Source: Euprymna scolopes
Lineage: Eukaryota
DNA length: 64,000 bases
Reading direction: 5' to 3' (one strand)
Assembly (NCBI GenBank): GCA_053919585.1
Contig: CM132818.1
Below the pieces are notes generated by a model. That model was not told the origin of the DNA. It made no database searches and saw nothing but the letters and a program-made list of their open reading frames with translations. Position numbers and translations under genes: made by a program. Positions 25,976 to 38,884 of the stretch are shown here, in pieces; within the stretch, counting starts at the first letter, position 1; each line of letters starts with the position of its first letter.

Positions 25976-27915
25976 AAACATTAAGAAACCCACTCAAAAG
26001 TGATGCCATTTGAACAATTCTACCAACAAGGAAGAAATTTGATATTTAAAAAAAATTAAACTGGGTGTAATGTGAATTTGTTTTGCTTTTTTGTATGAAT
26101 ATGAAGGATTGATTTAAGGGAAATTGATTTTTTTCTTTAAATAAAAAATACATTGAAGAAAAATGTTCTAAAAATTTAATGAACATTTACAAACAGTTTT
26201 AAAATTGCAGTTGACGAAAAGCATAGTATTTCTTTTTTTTTTTTTTTTTTGTCCCCAAAGAGTGATAAGTTTGAACAGTGACTCAACAAAAACATTTTGT
26301 AAATAACATTGAAATCAGTTTGGTTAGGCTTGGTATGTTATAAATATGACACACCACAGAAAACAAAAGAGTAGCATTAAAAATGGAGCAACAATTGAAT
26401 ATATATTAATAGAATGGCATCACTAGCACACTGGAAAAAAACAAAAAAAAAACGAATGAAAAAAAAAAAACGAATGAAAAAAAAAATTGTATAAACCAAG
26501 AAATATTAAAAAAAAAAAAAAAAATAAAGATTAAAAAACAAAACAAAAAACATCAAAAAGTGGGCCAGCTCTTTACTAGAAGTAGCTTAAAACAGTCATC
26601 TCAATGCAAATTTAAAATTAAATGACTAAAATACAAAAACAAAAATTATAGGGTGGAAAAAGTCAACAAAAATAAAAATTCATGCTTTTTAAAACAAAGA
26701 ACTAAATGAATAAATTGTTGGTAAAGCTGAATAATAAACAAATAAAAATAAACTAAAATAATTGTATATATTATTCAAATATAAGTTCTTCTGTCCCTGT
26801 TGAAGATCTAAAAAAAGGGGTTGATAGAGCAGAAATTATGAAATTAGAACAGAGGGAGAAAAAGAAAGCAATTAAAGGAGTTGACAAAACACCAAACAAT
26901 AAGAGCAACAACATAGCCAAATTAACATGAATCATTAACATGAATCAGAAACAAAGATTTTTTTTTTCTTTAAGTAGTTTAAAAATAAGTTTTTCATGAT
27001 AAAAAAAAGGAAAAAAAAAAGGATCAATTACTAGTTTCATTTTTTTGCATGAATAGAATAATCTTGACAAACAAAAGTTTAATAATTAAGAATAAGGCAT
27101 GGGTAAACTAATAATATATTTTGTTTTTCTACAATTCGACTTACTACAGCTCACACAGACCAAGCCAGCCATCCACAGGAAATCTTAGACTAGAGTTTTG
27201 CCCTCCTTTGAGAGCTTTAGCAAAATTACATTCCAACCCTAAATTTCCTGTTGATGGTGGGTTGTAATTCATGTCTGATTGAAAAAAAAAAAAAAAAAAA
27301 AAAAAAAAACTTAATGAGAGAGAAAGCTTAGATGCTTTATTAAAACATTTTAAAACAATAAATGTTTATTTCTTATGTCATCGTTATTCATACAATTTAA
27401 CCAATAGAAAACATACTCATTTTGCACAAGCCCCACCAGATCCTATTAAAAAAACAAACAGAAACCTCTTTCTTTTAAAGTAAAAAATATTTTTACACAT
27501 TTTATTTAATTGTAATTCAATTTTTATTCACATCTGCAGACAACCACCAAAACTTCAAACAGCTTTTGAAATTAAATTTACTAAAAAAAAAAAAAAAAAA
27601 AAAAAAAAAAGAAAAAAGAAAAAAGATTTTCATCATACAAACTATAAATTTAACTCAATTTATATAACTAAAGGCAAAAAAGAAAAAAAGTATTCAAGCA
27701 CTTTGCATGGTATAGCAGGAGTATGCACACACGCACAGTGAATTTTTGTTTCTTCTTTAATTCAGCTAATTCACGAACAAAATCAAAAATGAAAATAAAG
27801 TGAAACATGGCGAGTCTATAAATCTGTTCCATGCAGAGATGGACTAGAGAGGAAGAAAAAAAAAAAAGGACAAAAGAAAATGAAAAGTTATTGGTCTCCA
27901 TTCAATAATTGGAAC

Positions 27916-28026
27916 CTGATAGCATGCAAATCTGTAGCTATTGACAATAGCAAACCGTGCATAAGAGACGCGTCGTCTCATCTTCTGGAACCAAATATTG
28001 GCCAGTTCCTTAATAGCAACATGCAT
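27916..28026 (-). CDS. Candidate in-frame cassette exon at splice site C: MHVAIKELANIWFQKMRRRVSYARFAIVNSYRFACYQ
   Basis: cttttatcacaccag|ATG acceptor, weak CAG|gttcca donor, 111 nt phase 0-0, open frame, CpG-retaining unique sequence, three TGCATG motifs in or near it. Confidence 0.4.
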
Positions 28027-31000
28027 CTGGTGTGATAAAAGATCACATTCCAAAGAGATTTTTTTTTCCACTTCCTGCTTTTGAGTTAGGAGAAAAAATT
28101 TGATTTTTGTTAACTACATTAACAAAAAAAAAAATCCAAACCATTTGAATGCAGAGTTTTTATTTTTTAAAATCGCATTTAATTCTGGATATAATAATAA
28201 TAAAAAAAAAATCTATAAGACTAATAAGAAAAACAAACATCTAAAACGAAAAAGGTATTTCATACACCAAACTAAAAATGAAACCTGCTTGGCTAAAGTC
28301 AAAAGAATTTCCATAATTATTAACTTTCTTGCATAGAACATGTTTTATGCTTCTTAAAAAAACAATATTAAAAACAAAAGTCAGATTTTGATAAAGCAAA
28401 ATAATTGCATTAAAACAACAATTAAACAAGGCATAAGGCAAATAATAGAATACATTTCAAAGAAACAAAAGAACAAAGTATTTCTTCTCAAACCGTTAAG
28501 ACATGTATATGACAAACAAAATTAAAGAAACAATCACTCAGATGTAAAATAAGTCACAACTTGCTTCTGGGTTTTGAAACAAGTTTTTTCATGGTAATGC
28601 ACACACACACACACGCTCATAAAATGTCAAATATTTTTCTCACTAGTAAATTAGTGTGTAAATGACTTAATTATTGATTATTGTAGCAAGAAAGGTTAAT
28701 AGTGTATAAGTAAAAGCATTAATGAATTAATACATAGTGCTGAGAAAGGGATAATAGAAATAGATTATTTTCATTAGAAAGGAATGGATAGGGTAATAAC
28801 AATTAAGACCTCTGTGATCTCCCTGGATTTCAATTTAATTTAGTACGTACAATATCTTAGAGGTTTTGTTATTATTACTAAGAAATACCATATTTGTTTG
28901 TATGTGCTACCAAGAGTACAAAAAAAAAAAAAAAAAGTGTGGGTATTTTCAGTTATCCTGAAATAAAAAGAGCATAATGAACAGAACATAGTTAAGATAC
29001 ATAAACATTTGAATTGCATGATTAAGATTTAAGATATACATATAAAAAGAGCTTTTATTTTTTTTTAATTAAGAAAATGAGGTGGGGGGGGGAAGAATGA
29101 TTTATAATAACAATAAAGGATTTTGTATATTATTAAATTTAATAATTCAAGAAATTATTATTTTCCCTTAAATTACCCCGTCCAACTAAATTTATTTTAC
29201 GGATAAATTGAGTGGATACACCCATTTCCATCGTATCAGTGAAGCCTGGCTTGGTTGTTTTATGTCATATCAACCTTTTTTTTAGGTTATTTAATGCCAA
29301 ATCCAGTTATTTTGGAAATAGTATCCATGTTTCATCCAATTATTTTATAGAAGGTTTTTATTCTTTAAACTTTTTCTATCTTCAATCGCTAGTTTGTAGT
29401 GTTTGGCTTGGTTGTTTTATAGTGGATTTTATCGTTTTTGTTCCCTGCCCTGCAGAACACGAAGTATTGCAATGGGAGAGGGAAAAAGATTACAGTGTTG
29501 ATGTTTGGTACATTTTAAGTTAGGAAACCAGTCAGGAAGTGGAGGAAATAGAAAGAGAAGGGGAAAGGTGAGTTGTTTTTGCAGAACATAATCAAGTTTT
29601 GCAAAAGGAAGTAGAAAAACAAAAAAAAAAAAACCATCAATGTTAAGTGCATTTTGTCTCAGGAAGCCAATATCTTGAGACAACCTTAAATGGGTGACTA
29701 TTTTGAGAGTACCATGTTTTATAAGCAAACATTCTACTCATGTAAATAATGGACACTAGCATTGCTGGGAATATGACTGGGGACAAACTAGTGTCATGTC
29801 ATGGGGGATGATTTAGATCATACACTGTTTAAAGTTATAAAACAAGAGTTAGCATGGCTTCTATGAACATTTCAACTTCAAAAGGAACCATAAATGTATT
29901 TCACATGTAAAATAATTTTTGTGAACGTACAACCTGACTGCTCCATATGAACACATCATAACAAAACTAGATAAGCACATGTACTGTGATTAAATTTTGA
30001 TCATTTGTCGGTTAATTTTCTTTTTTTATTTTTTTTTTATTTTTCTTTGATAATTCCAATTCCAATTTTCAGATCAATCCAAAAAGTTTGAAAATTACAT
30101 GGAGAAAATTGGATTATCACAAAAAATTACATTGTTACTTGGGACAACAAACACTTTGTAAAGTCTTGAAGGAAGATACAGAGATTAACATTTACCGAAT
30201 CATGGGAATTCATGCCTCTATTTACTTGCTTCCCTATAATTTGTAATATCAGAACAGATACTTCACTTTAAAGTCATGCTTGATAATCTTGATAATAGAA
30301 CTATGTTAATTTAAATACCTCAAACACATTAAGACAAATTTAAGTTTGGTATATTTTACATCGCCCCACTCCAACTAGTTGAATTGAATAAAGGAGGAAA
30401 TGTCTTAAAATGCATTTTAATTTTCTCTTTGCAAATAAGTGCAAGGTATTCACACATTTAAACTGCAAAAAAAGCATTATTAGGTTAGGTCAAATTTAAA
30501 ACAAAAACATAAAACAAAAACAAAAACAAAAAACAATAAAAAAAAAATTTTAAAAAAAAGAAAAAAAAAAGAAAAAAAAAAAGAAATGGCGGATCATCTA
30601 CCAATCTTGGCTCAGATTTTAATTTAAGGATAAAATTTAAAGACGAAATGAAATAAGTTTTGCAAATGAACCAGCCACGGTTTATTAGATTTTCTGTTAC
30701 CAACATAAACAGAATTCATAGAAATTCCAGGCTCAACTTCAGAAATCAAGTTTTAAGTTTATCTACATATGAACTGTCCCTATCCAGCATTGCACACGAG
30801 TTTTAACTTATTTTTATCTTGTTCATTATTCTGACCATTTTTTTTTAATAATACATGTGCAGTGTTGAGTGGTTCTATTAATAGTTTATTATAAATCTAA
30901 ATCAGAGTTTATGACGAGATTAAAATAAGAAAACAAGAATTTAGCAAAACTCTTTCTATAATTAGGTATTTCTAAATTTGTTCAATAATTTAGTTACCAA

Positions 31001-31952
31001 AAGCAGAGTTATAGGTACTTTTTAGGTCTTTGTAATAAATTAATGCTAAGTGGGGCTGCTCCAAGACTAGGTAGAATCTTGATTGGGCATAATCTTTATG
31101 TGACGACATACCCAAAAAACATCTTGTGAAATCATAAAATACTACTGAAACAGCTCGGATTGCGGATAACGTTTGCTTCCATAATTATGATCAACTTATT
31201 TCAGGCAAATCTTCATTATCAGCTGCTATTTTGACTGATGTAATTATTTGATTATATAGAAATTAATGAGGATTAAATGTACTCCTGAACGCCATATTAC
31301 CATTTTTATTCTTTTAAATTTTATAATTTTTAAATTATAAGACTATGCTGCTTATTGATGCCTGGTGCTAACAATGACACTTCAATATTATTAAAAAAAC
31401 AAAACAGTAAGTAAATCTCTATATATAAATCTATATTCCTGTCCGTTTGCGCACAATGTCATATCACTGTGAGTATATATATAAAGTAGTAATGTTTGTG
31501 TGTGTAAAACTCTCCTGTTCAAAGAAATATATAAATCTATTTTAGGCTATTTCTTGCAACAGAGATCTGTGTGTACACCTCTCCTGGAAAGAAATATATA
31601 AATCCGTTATAGGCTATTTCTATCAAAGGAGATTAAACATTCAATTTTATGCATGTTTTTAAAATCTGCACCGAATGAGTAACCTCATCTGCATATTACA
31701 TTAAAGAAAATCTATTTTAATAATTAGCTCGATCTTATTATTTGCTTTAATAGATCGTTTTAATTGTACTATTTAGAAATATTATTTAAAATTTATTTAT
31801 TCAGTTTATTTTTAATTCAATCCATATTTAATTTAATTTATTTTCAATTATTAATATCTGACAACAGTTGCGGTTAAAACAAGAAGTCTCATATTAAACT
31901 ATAAGAGTGATTTGTCTTAAGCTAATACTTGCGGTTTTTGTTTGAAAACAGA

Positions 31953-31983
<31 letters not shown>

Positions 31984-32017
31984 GCAGTTGAGTTACGCAA
32001 ATCACAGGTAATTTGGA

Positions 32018-32433
32018 AAGACTAGAGTTTAGGTGACAAAATACTCTTGACCCCTTTATCACATAAAAGGAACCAAATTCTCTAATCACTTATGTTACTA
32101 TACCAACAATATGTAAACAACAATATCTGTATTTCAGAAGTTAACAGTTTTAAATAAGCAGAACTTCTTTTTAAAAAAATAAACAATATGAAAACAATTT
32201 TTTTAAAAAAAGAATAAACTTATTTATTTTAAACAATATATACAGAACTTTAATTTTAAACTTATTTATTCTTAAAAAAGAAATTCTGCTTATTTAAAAT
32301 TATTAACTTCTAAAAAATACCAATATCATTGTTTACATATTGTTGGCATAGTAACATAATGGTGATTAGGGAGTTTGGTTCCTTTTATGTGATAGAGGGT
32401 TCGAGAGTATTTTGCCACCTAAACTCCAGTCTT
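32018..32433. mobile_element. Foldback / MITE-like element with ~160-bp imperfect inverted arms
   Basis: aagactagagtttaggtgacaaaatactc... at 32018 is the reverse complement of ...gagtattttgccacctaaactccagtctt ending at 32433. Confidence 0.85.
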
Positions 32434-32666
32434 ACCCCTAATTTTTTAAAAATCGTAACCACTTAACACTATTTTGGGCACTTCTGCAGTTCAGCAACAT
32501 GTCAGCAATGGAAATGAATTTGAATGAGAAGTGCCATCTACCGGCAGTTCTGTGAACCTCAAATATAACCTGTTTCTCCGATAACGCAAAACTATATAAT
32601 AATGAAGTAAATACCAAAGAAATATATTAAAATCAAAACATTGTATAAAAATTTATCAAAATATAA

Positions 32667-33858
32667 GGTACGTATGCATCCTTTGAATGAGACATAACTC
32701 AGCGTTTGCTCAGCTTTCTCTGGAGCATGATGTCAACAGCAGGATTATGCTGAGCGTCGCCAATGAAATATAACAATGATACGTAGAAGAAAAATAGCCA
32801 AATTTTAAATGTAGAAACAGAATAAAGAAAATTTAAAAAAAAAAACAAAAAAACTACTGTAATTTATAATTTTTATTAACTTTGTGAAGAAAAGTTGTTT
32901 TTTTTCTCAAATAATTTTTAAGCAATTTTTTTTTTGTTTCAAATACAATTTAAGCAATTTTTTTTTTTTTCAAATACATGTGTAAGCAAATGTTTTTTTT
33001 TTATTTGTTCAACAAATAACAACAAAAGTGGGTGGGTTGGGATTGTTTTTTTGTATGTAGTTGGAATCTTTTTTTCCAATGCCAGGAAAATTTCCGGTCC
33101 TTTTGATACTGCACTATTTTAGTTTTTTTCAGGTTAAATTCAAGTTTCACATTTTTTTTTTTTTTTTTTTTTAAACTGTTAGGTGGAAGCAAAAAAAGTT
33201 ACAATCACCCTCTCCCCATGTTAAGAATAGCGTGCGAAATATTTCAGCATGGTAGCAAAACTGCACCAGTACTAAATTTACTTAGGAAGATTTTTTTCTT
33301 CAATTTTTTGGACAACGGCAAAATGGACGGAGAAAAGATAACGGACATGTAAGGAAGCTTTTCACCAACTGGGTACCTTTTGACAATGTGAATTAAAATG
33401 GAGACAAATGGATCGCTGTGTGCCGATCCCAACCCACATTCGTGCTGGAGGTTTTTATTTGTTGTCATCTTGAATGCGCATAGGTATATCAGTTTGCAAA
33501 ATCTCAGCTGAAAATTTTGTGCATTATCAAAGTTCCCAGTTCGGGTTGTTGTCCACCGTCGACATTTAACATTTCCATATCCCCAGCCATAGCTGTTGGT
33601 AATGCTCCCTCTTTTTGCTAGGATGCACCGACTTGCATGTAAGAAATAGTGGATTTTTTTTTTACATTTAGGATCCAAATTTTCGTCTGCTGCTCAGGCA
33701 GGCACGCACATCAAGTTGAAACTCGGCGCATGGTGTTGTGATTGGCTGATCGCCATGTTACACCAGACAGCGGCTAAACCCAAGTTGATCACGTCGTGTT
33801 CCAGGGAAAACTGAGCCAAACCCTGAGCCACGTCTGGTTCAAAGGATACATAAGTACC
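32667..33858. mobile_element. Non-autonomous DNA transposon with ~70-bp imperfect TIRs (superfamily unresolved)
   Basis: Left ggtacgtatgcatcctttgaatgagacataactcagcgttt matches the reverse complement of the right end ggtacttatgtatcctttgaaccagacgtggctcagggttt; CpG-richer interior. Confidence 0.7.
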
Positions 33859-33888
33859 AAATATGTTAAATATGTTATTTATTCTTAA

Positions 33889-33920
33889 CTAGCAGGAAAA
33901 CCCAGTGTTGCCCAGGATTG
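33889..33920 (-). mobile_element. Helitron-type 3' terminus (hairpin + CTAG)
   Basis: actagcaggaaaacccagtgttgcccagg is homologous to the termini at 55992 and 60996; 5' end not located. Confidence 0.55.
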
Positions 33921-35062
33921 AATTCTTATAACGCCATATTATTTCCTTTATTTCACCCTTTAATATAATCAGAAGAAACTAACATATTAGAAAATTTTCT
34001 AAATTTTAGTGTCTCATATGGTTAAAGTTTCATTAAAATCAGCTATTGTACATAAATGTATACATTGAGTACCTTAAACAGATTGTGGTCTTTTTTGATA
34101 ACTGTATTTTGCTTACAAACACAAACTTACAATGCAGTTCAGTGTTGAACTAGAGTGCTTCATAGTGGATTGAAACTGGAGAGTTCATCTATTGAGAGCA
34201 TGTATCCAACAAACTGCTTCCCATAGCTTCACTGTAACCCTGGTAGAACGGCTCCCAAGTACTACCTCTTGTCAAAAGGCAGTTGGTGATTTTGACCTCT
34301 CTATCTAGAGGTCATTCCTTTATCTGCAACGTGAGGAGCCAGCGATGGAAGTTTTCATCTCCATACCATTATCACAATTAGACAATGATGAAAATCAATT
34401 ATTCCATTGAATGGTTTGCAGCATAATTTGTCACTTTCTGTAAAGATGCATCTAAGTGTAGCCAATCAATCTTGTGCCATGTTTGTTTAAAGTTCATTTT
34501 TAATTTTTTTTTTAGCCATGCAAAAACAAAAAACTGTTGAAAGATACATGAGAATGCACCCTTGTCGTAATTGTTAAACAAGATGGTAAATTAAGCCACT
34601 CATCCCAAATTTTAAAACAATTTAGAATAATTCCATAGTTTAGTTTTTCTTATAAAATTTTACCATTACCCAAAAGTAGTTTTAAAAATAAGTCATTGCA
34701 ACAATACAAGATTTTGCATCATTTTTTTTGTTTTTTTAATCATTTTAATAAAAATGGATTATATTTTAATCTTGTTTTAATTCTAACATAATATAGGTAT
34801 AATTAATACTTACATAATTACTTATAAGTAGCATGTTGTATAATGACAATCATTTTATAAGAGCCTTTGTAAAGATTGGTAAACAATGAAATGATTAGTT
34901 AATAATACTAATCATAATAACAATAGTAACAAAAAGGCATTCATTAAAACAGTTAATAAAAAACTTCAAATAAACAGGCCATCATAATTTGTGGCATTGC
35001 AACATTCAAACAAAATGGTTCATGCAATGCAGTAAAAAAATATATGTATATATACATATTAG

Positions 35063-35112
<50 letters not shown>

Positions 35113-35370
35113 CACACACATACATACACTATATATATGTATGTGTATACAATGTGTATGCATATATTTGTTTTTATATATGTATAAAAAAAAAAAGACT
35201 AAACTAATATATAAGCTCATTTATAAAATCTTAAAAAAGGCAATCAAATTATATATTTTTTTTTTTTTTTTTTTTGAAAGCAGGAAAATCCTGAATAAAA
35301 TCAAATCCTGTAAAACTGAGGGAGAAGTTAAAAAAGAAAAAGATAAAGCCTGGAAGAAAAAAGAACTTAC

Positions 35371-35556
35371 CTGTTGCTGGAGTCGTGTGAGGCCCCGAAC
35401 CCAAAGTATCTGACCTCGCCTGCCAACATGGTCATCAGCCATCGGCGAGGAATCTGTTTTTCCTACGTCTACTTCATCCATGTCCAATTGTCTCTGGGTT
35501 GTTCTTCCCCATGCACATATGTGCGGGAGTTTGTGTGTAGGGATAGTGGTGATGAT
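35371..35556 (-). CDS. PMCA: PMCA exon: IITTIPTHKLPHICAWGRTTQ...RRGQILWVRGLTRLQQQ (N-terminal half of CaM-binding domain)
   Basis: GQILWxRGLxRLQ is the PMCA CaM-binding/autoinhibitory motif; tttcag|A acceptor, CAG|gtaagt donor at the splice site C position; 186 nt. Confidence 0.96.
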
Positions 35557-35624
35557 CTGAAAACAAAGGATTCAAAGATGCATTCAAATCCATAAAATAA
35601 AATTTTAAAGGGAGTAATAAAATC

Positions 35625-36240
35625 TAAAAAAAAAAAAAAACAAACTTTAATTCACACAAGACAAAGCATATTATTACTGATAAGGCGCTATTGTGATAGC
35701 AAGATGTTTGCTAAAATTGCATTTAAATTTCTGCACATTGGTATGGACAGTAAAACAGTGAGCAGAAAAGAAGTTCCAGAGGCAAGTGGTTTGAGCAAGT
35801 TGGCTTTTAGAGTAGAAAAACTTCTGGTATTTAGAGATCTCTACAATGGAGGTGTAGTGTTTTGATGTGAGTCTGGTGCATTTTTGTTGTGAGGGTACTA
35901 ATGAAATAAGTTCATCAGAGCACATTTGGTGGAAGTATTTGTAAATCAAACAAGGATGCAATATTGTGACGATGGGACAGGGGCTGAAGCCTGGTAGACA
36001 GTGTGGAACATTAGGTTAGAGACTAGTGGTTAGTACACCAGCTCAGATGTGGCAACAAACTCCAGGGATAGACAAACAGTGGCTTTAAAGAATTATAAGA
36101 TACTGACAGATGTGAGAAGTTATCTAGCCCAGCAGAGGAAGCTTATTTTCTTTGCAGCAGACTTGGCAACATCTGATAAGTATTTATTCCATTTGATGTT
36201 GCCTGACAATGTCAGTCTGAGTTGTGAAATAATTATGTAA
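35625..36240 (-). mobile_element. Old degenerate LINE 3' fragment
   Basis: Remnants similar to the C-terminus of the 41846-43888 ORF (LIYKYFHQMCSDEL..LVP, TTCLWN, CCHIWAG). Confidence 0.6.
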
Positions 36241-37167
36241 ATGTAGTAAAATTGGGATACAGGTAGGAGGTTTATCTATTTTTTTAAAGCATACCAAATC
36301 ATTTTCAAGTTAATTCAAAATCTAGTCATTTTAGTAAAAAGTTGTCTGCTTCAAGTTTTTAATATCTTCATAGTACAAATGTTGGATTTTATTATTTTAA
36401 TTTTATGACATTGTCATTTTTTTTTTTTTTTTTTTTTTTTTCATCAACCTTTTTCAGGTTATTTTAAGAGAATTAAGGAATACTGATAGATACTACCACT
36501 TTGGGTTAGAGATGATCTGGGATTAATGGCAACTAAAGGAACTCTCCACAGATCATCAGATGTAGTTTAAAGTTATGCTTAGGGCCAGGTTGAGAAGTAG
36601 AGCAAGCAAAATAAAAAATGTACTGGTGACGAATTCTTAGGTGGATGCGAAGTAAACATCTTGACTAATGCTGTCCAAGGCAGTCTAGTATTGTACTTGG
36701 AACTAGCAAATAAATGTTTGATTTTAGCAAGATTATTATTCAAAAATTTTGATACGAACAAATACATTTATAAAAGCTTTAAAACAAAAAAATAAAAAAA
36801 ATAATTTTGAAGTTTTCAAAGTAAATGTGAATGCTGAAAATTTCCATATTAGTTTCTTAAAGAGAATACAGTTTCTACATAAAATAGTTTTCAAATTCTT
36901 CAAGTGGGGAATATAAAATGAAGCATTAAATGGAATCATAATAAAGATTATAAATGCATTAAAATTATTCTTTAAAAAAAAAAAAAACCCTGCATAATTA
37001 ACTTAATTAAATGCACCTTTTATAATTTTTACATAAAAATCGAATTATTTTGTGTCAAACGATTGGTATTACGATAAACCTGTAAAGAAATCTAAAGTGC
37101 AATGCAAATTAGTTGAAACTACTGTTATAACTTCAATAATTCAATCATTCCAAATGTCCAATCAACT

Positions 37168-37417
37168 AAGGGAGATAACTCTCAAACTTCAGTCATAGCT
37201 TTGCCTTTCACATGTATGGGATATAACTAGTATAAGATTTTTTGGTGCTTATTCGGAATAATTATGAAAATCGAAAAATAAAATTTCAATTAAAAGCAAT
37301 ATTATTTACTTGTCATCTTGAAATTTATAACATATTATATAAAACATTCATTTTCAAGATCTAGCAGTCTGCCACCATTATTTTGAAATCCCCTGATATC
37401 ATGCAGTTATCTCCCTT
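37168..37417. repeat. Small element bounded by a 13-bp inverted repeat aagggagataact/agttatctccctt
   Basis: Perfect inverted 13-mers; motif recurs near 37626 and 47222. Confidence 0.5.
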
Positions 37418-38129
37418 GTTATAATAAGACCTATTTTGTTAATTATTTGATACTTGTTTTGGACTGGAGATCTCCGAAAAAAAAATTTCATTTAATTTGA
37501 TAGAGTAGTTTTTTTTTTTTTTTTTTTTTTTTTACAGTGAAAAAAAAAAAAAAAAAAAAAAAAAAACACGTTTTTATGAGAGCACATTGAAGTTAGCCAT
37601 TATGGAATTTTTTTAACACACCACGGGGAGATAACTCAATTTAAAGTGCCGACACTCCCTCCCCATCTTTAATACTAGCTTTTCTTCCTAAAAGTCAAAC
37701 CTTTTGCTTGGTATCATAACATTGTTTTTGTTTTTTTCACTGTAAAAAAAAAAAAAAAAAAAAGGACTTGATGAAATTAAGTGAAATTTTTTTTCAGAGG
37801 ACTTCGTTCCATAATGGATATAACCCCACTCTCCGATATTTTCATTTTTTATTGTCTTGATTAAACTGTACAAGTACCAATGATTTAAGTAAAACTTAAA
37901 ATTTTCTTCAAAAGCAATTTTCAATAATTAATTTTCTACTTTATCGTTCTAAAAGGTTTTTTTGACTATGTTACTAATTTCGACATGACAAGGAAGCAGA
38001 TGACATTGCTTTCGATTAAAATTCAATTTTTTTTTATTTTTGTATTTCTTTCAAGACTGAGGAAGTAGCTTCAAATAAGCCTACAGTGACAAATCAAATC
38101 TTAGAACAAGTAGAAGCTGGATTAAACCT

Positions 38130-38833
38130 GGAGGCTTCAGCTACGACACAATTACAAGAATCACAATTTAAACTCCAAATTCCTTATGCTTAAGTGCACC
38201 AAAGAAACTGATCATTATGTAACTTTACCACCACTCCAAGAGATGATGATTCATTTCAGTGGTGGAAGACGACACAAAAGACCTTACCAGTGCTGAGTAA
38301 ACTGGCTTCAAAATATTTAAATGGACCAACTTCGTCTGTGAAGAATAAGAGGCTCTTTAGTACAGGTGAACCTACGAGAAAAATGCTGTGTCCTGAGAAT
38401 GGAGAAATTCTGTTCCTACATTATAACTTAAAAGTATTCAACTTTAAATACCAAAAAGACTATAAGAGCGGAAGAGGCAGGCAACAAGAACAGAAGAGGA
38501 AATAGAGCAGCAGCAGATGCAGAACTTCAGCTAATAGTTACTCACTTAAAGAACTGCAATTTGTAGTTGGCTTGTATTTCTTTTTTTCTTATCTAATTGT
38601 TTAATTATATTCATTTAATTGAAAATTGTACTTTGTAATTTTATTTAATAAAAGGCAAAAAAGGCCATAATAGTGGCCAGACACTTAATATCAAGTTAAA
38701 TTAGCAGTAACTATGTTAATGTATCAAATTTATCTTCCGAGTCACTTGGCAGTTATGAACTAGTTTAAATTTAATAGCAAAGAGAAAAGTAATTAATCAG
38801 CTGATTACCTACCGATCAATCAGTACATCCCTA
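38130..38833 (+). mobile_element. hAT transposon 3' remnant (dimerisation domain and right TIR)
   Basis: FQWWKTTQKTLPVLSKLASKYLNGPTSSV..KRLFS...LCPENGEILFLHYNL resembles the hAT C-terminal dimerisation domain; terminal catcccta is an Ac-like TAGGGATG end. Confidence 0.7.
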
Positions 38834-38884
38834 TTATAAACATTCTGGTAATTCCTTTACAATGTCAATTGCTATGTTTAGTGC

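Noticed and set aside
35221-35370. Read-through of the site-C donor (VSSFFFQALS...) as a coding tail
   Set aside because: Low-complexity intronic sequence after a consensus GTAAGT donor
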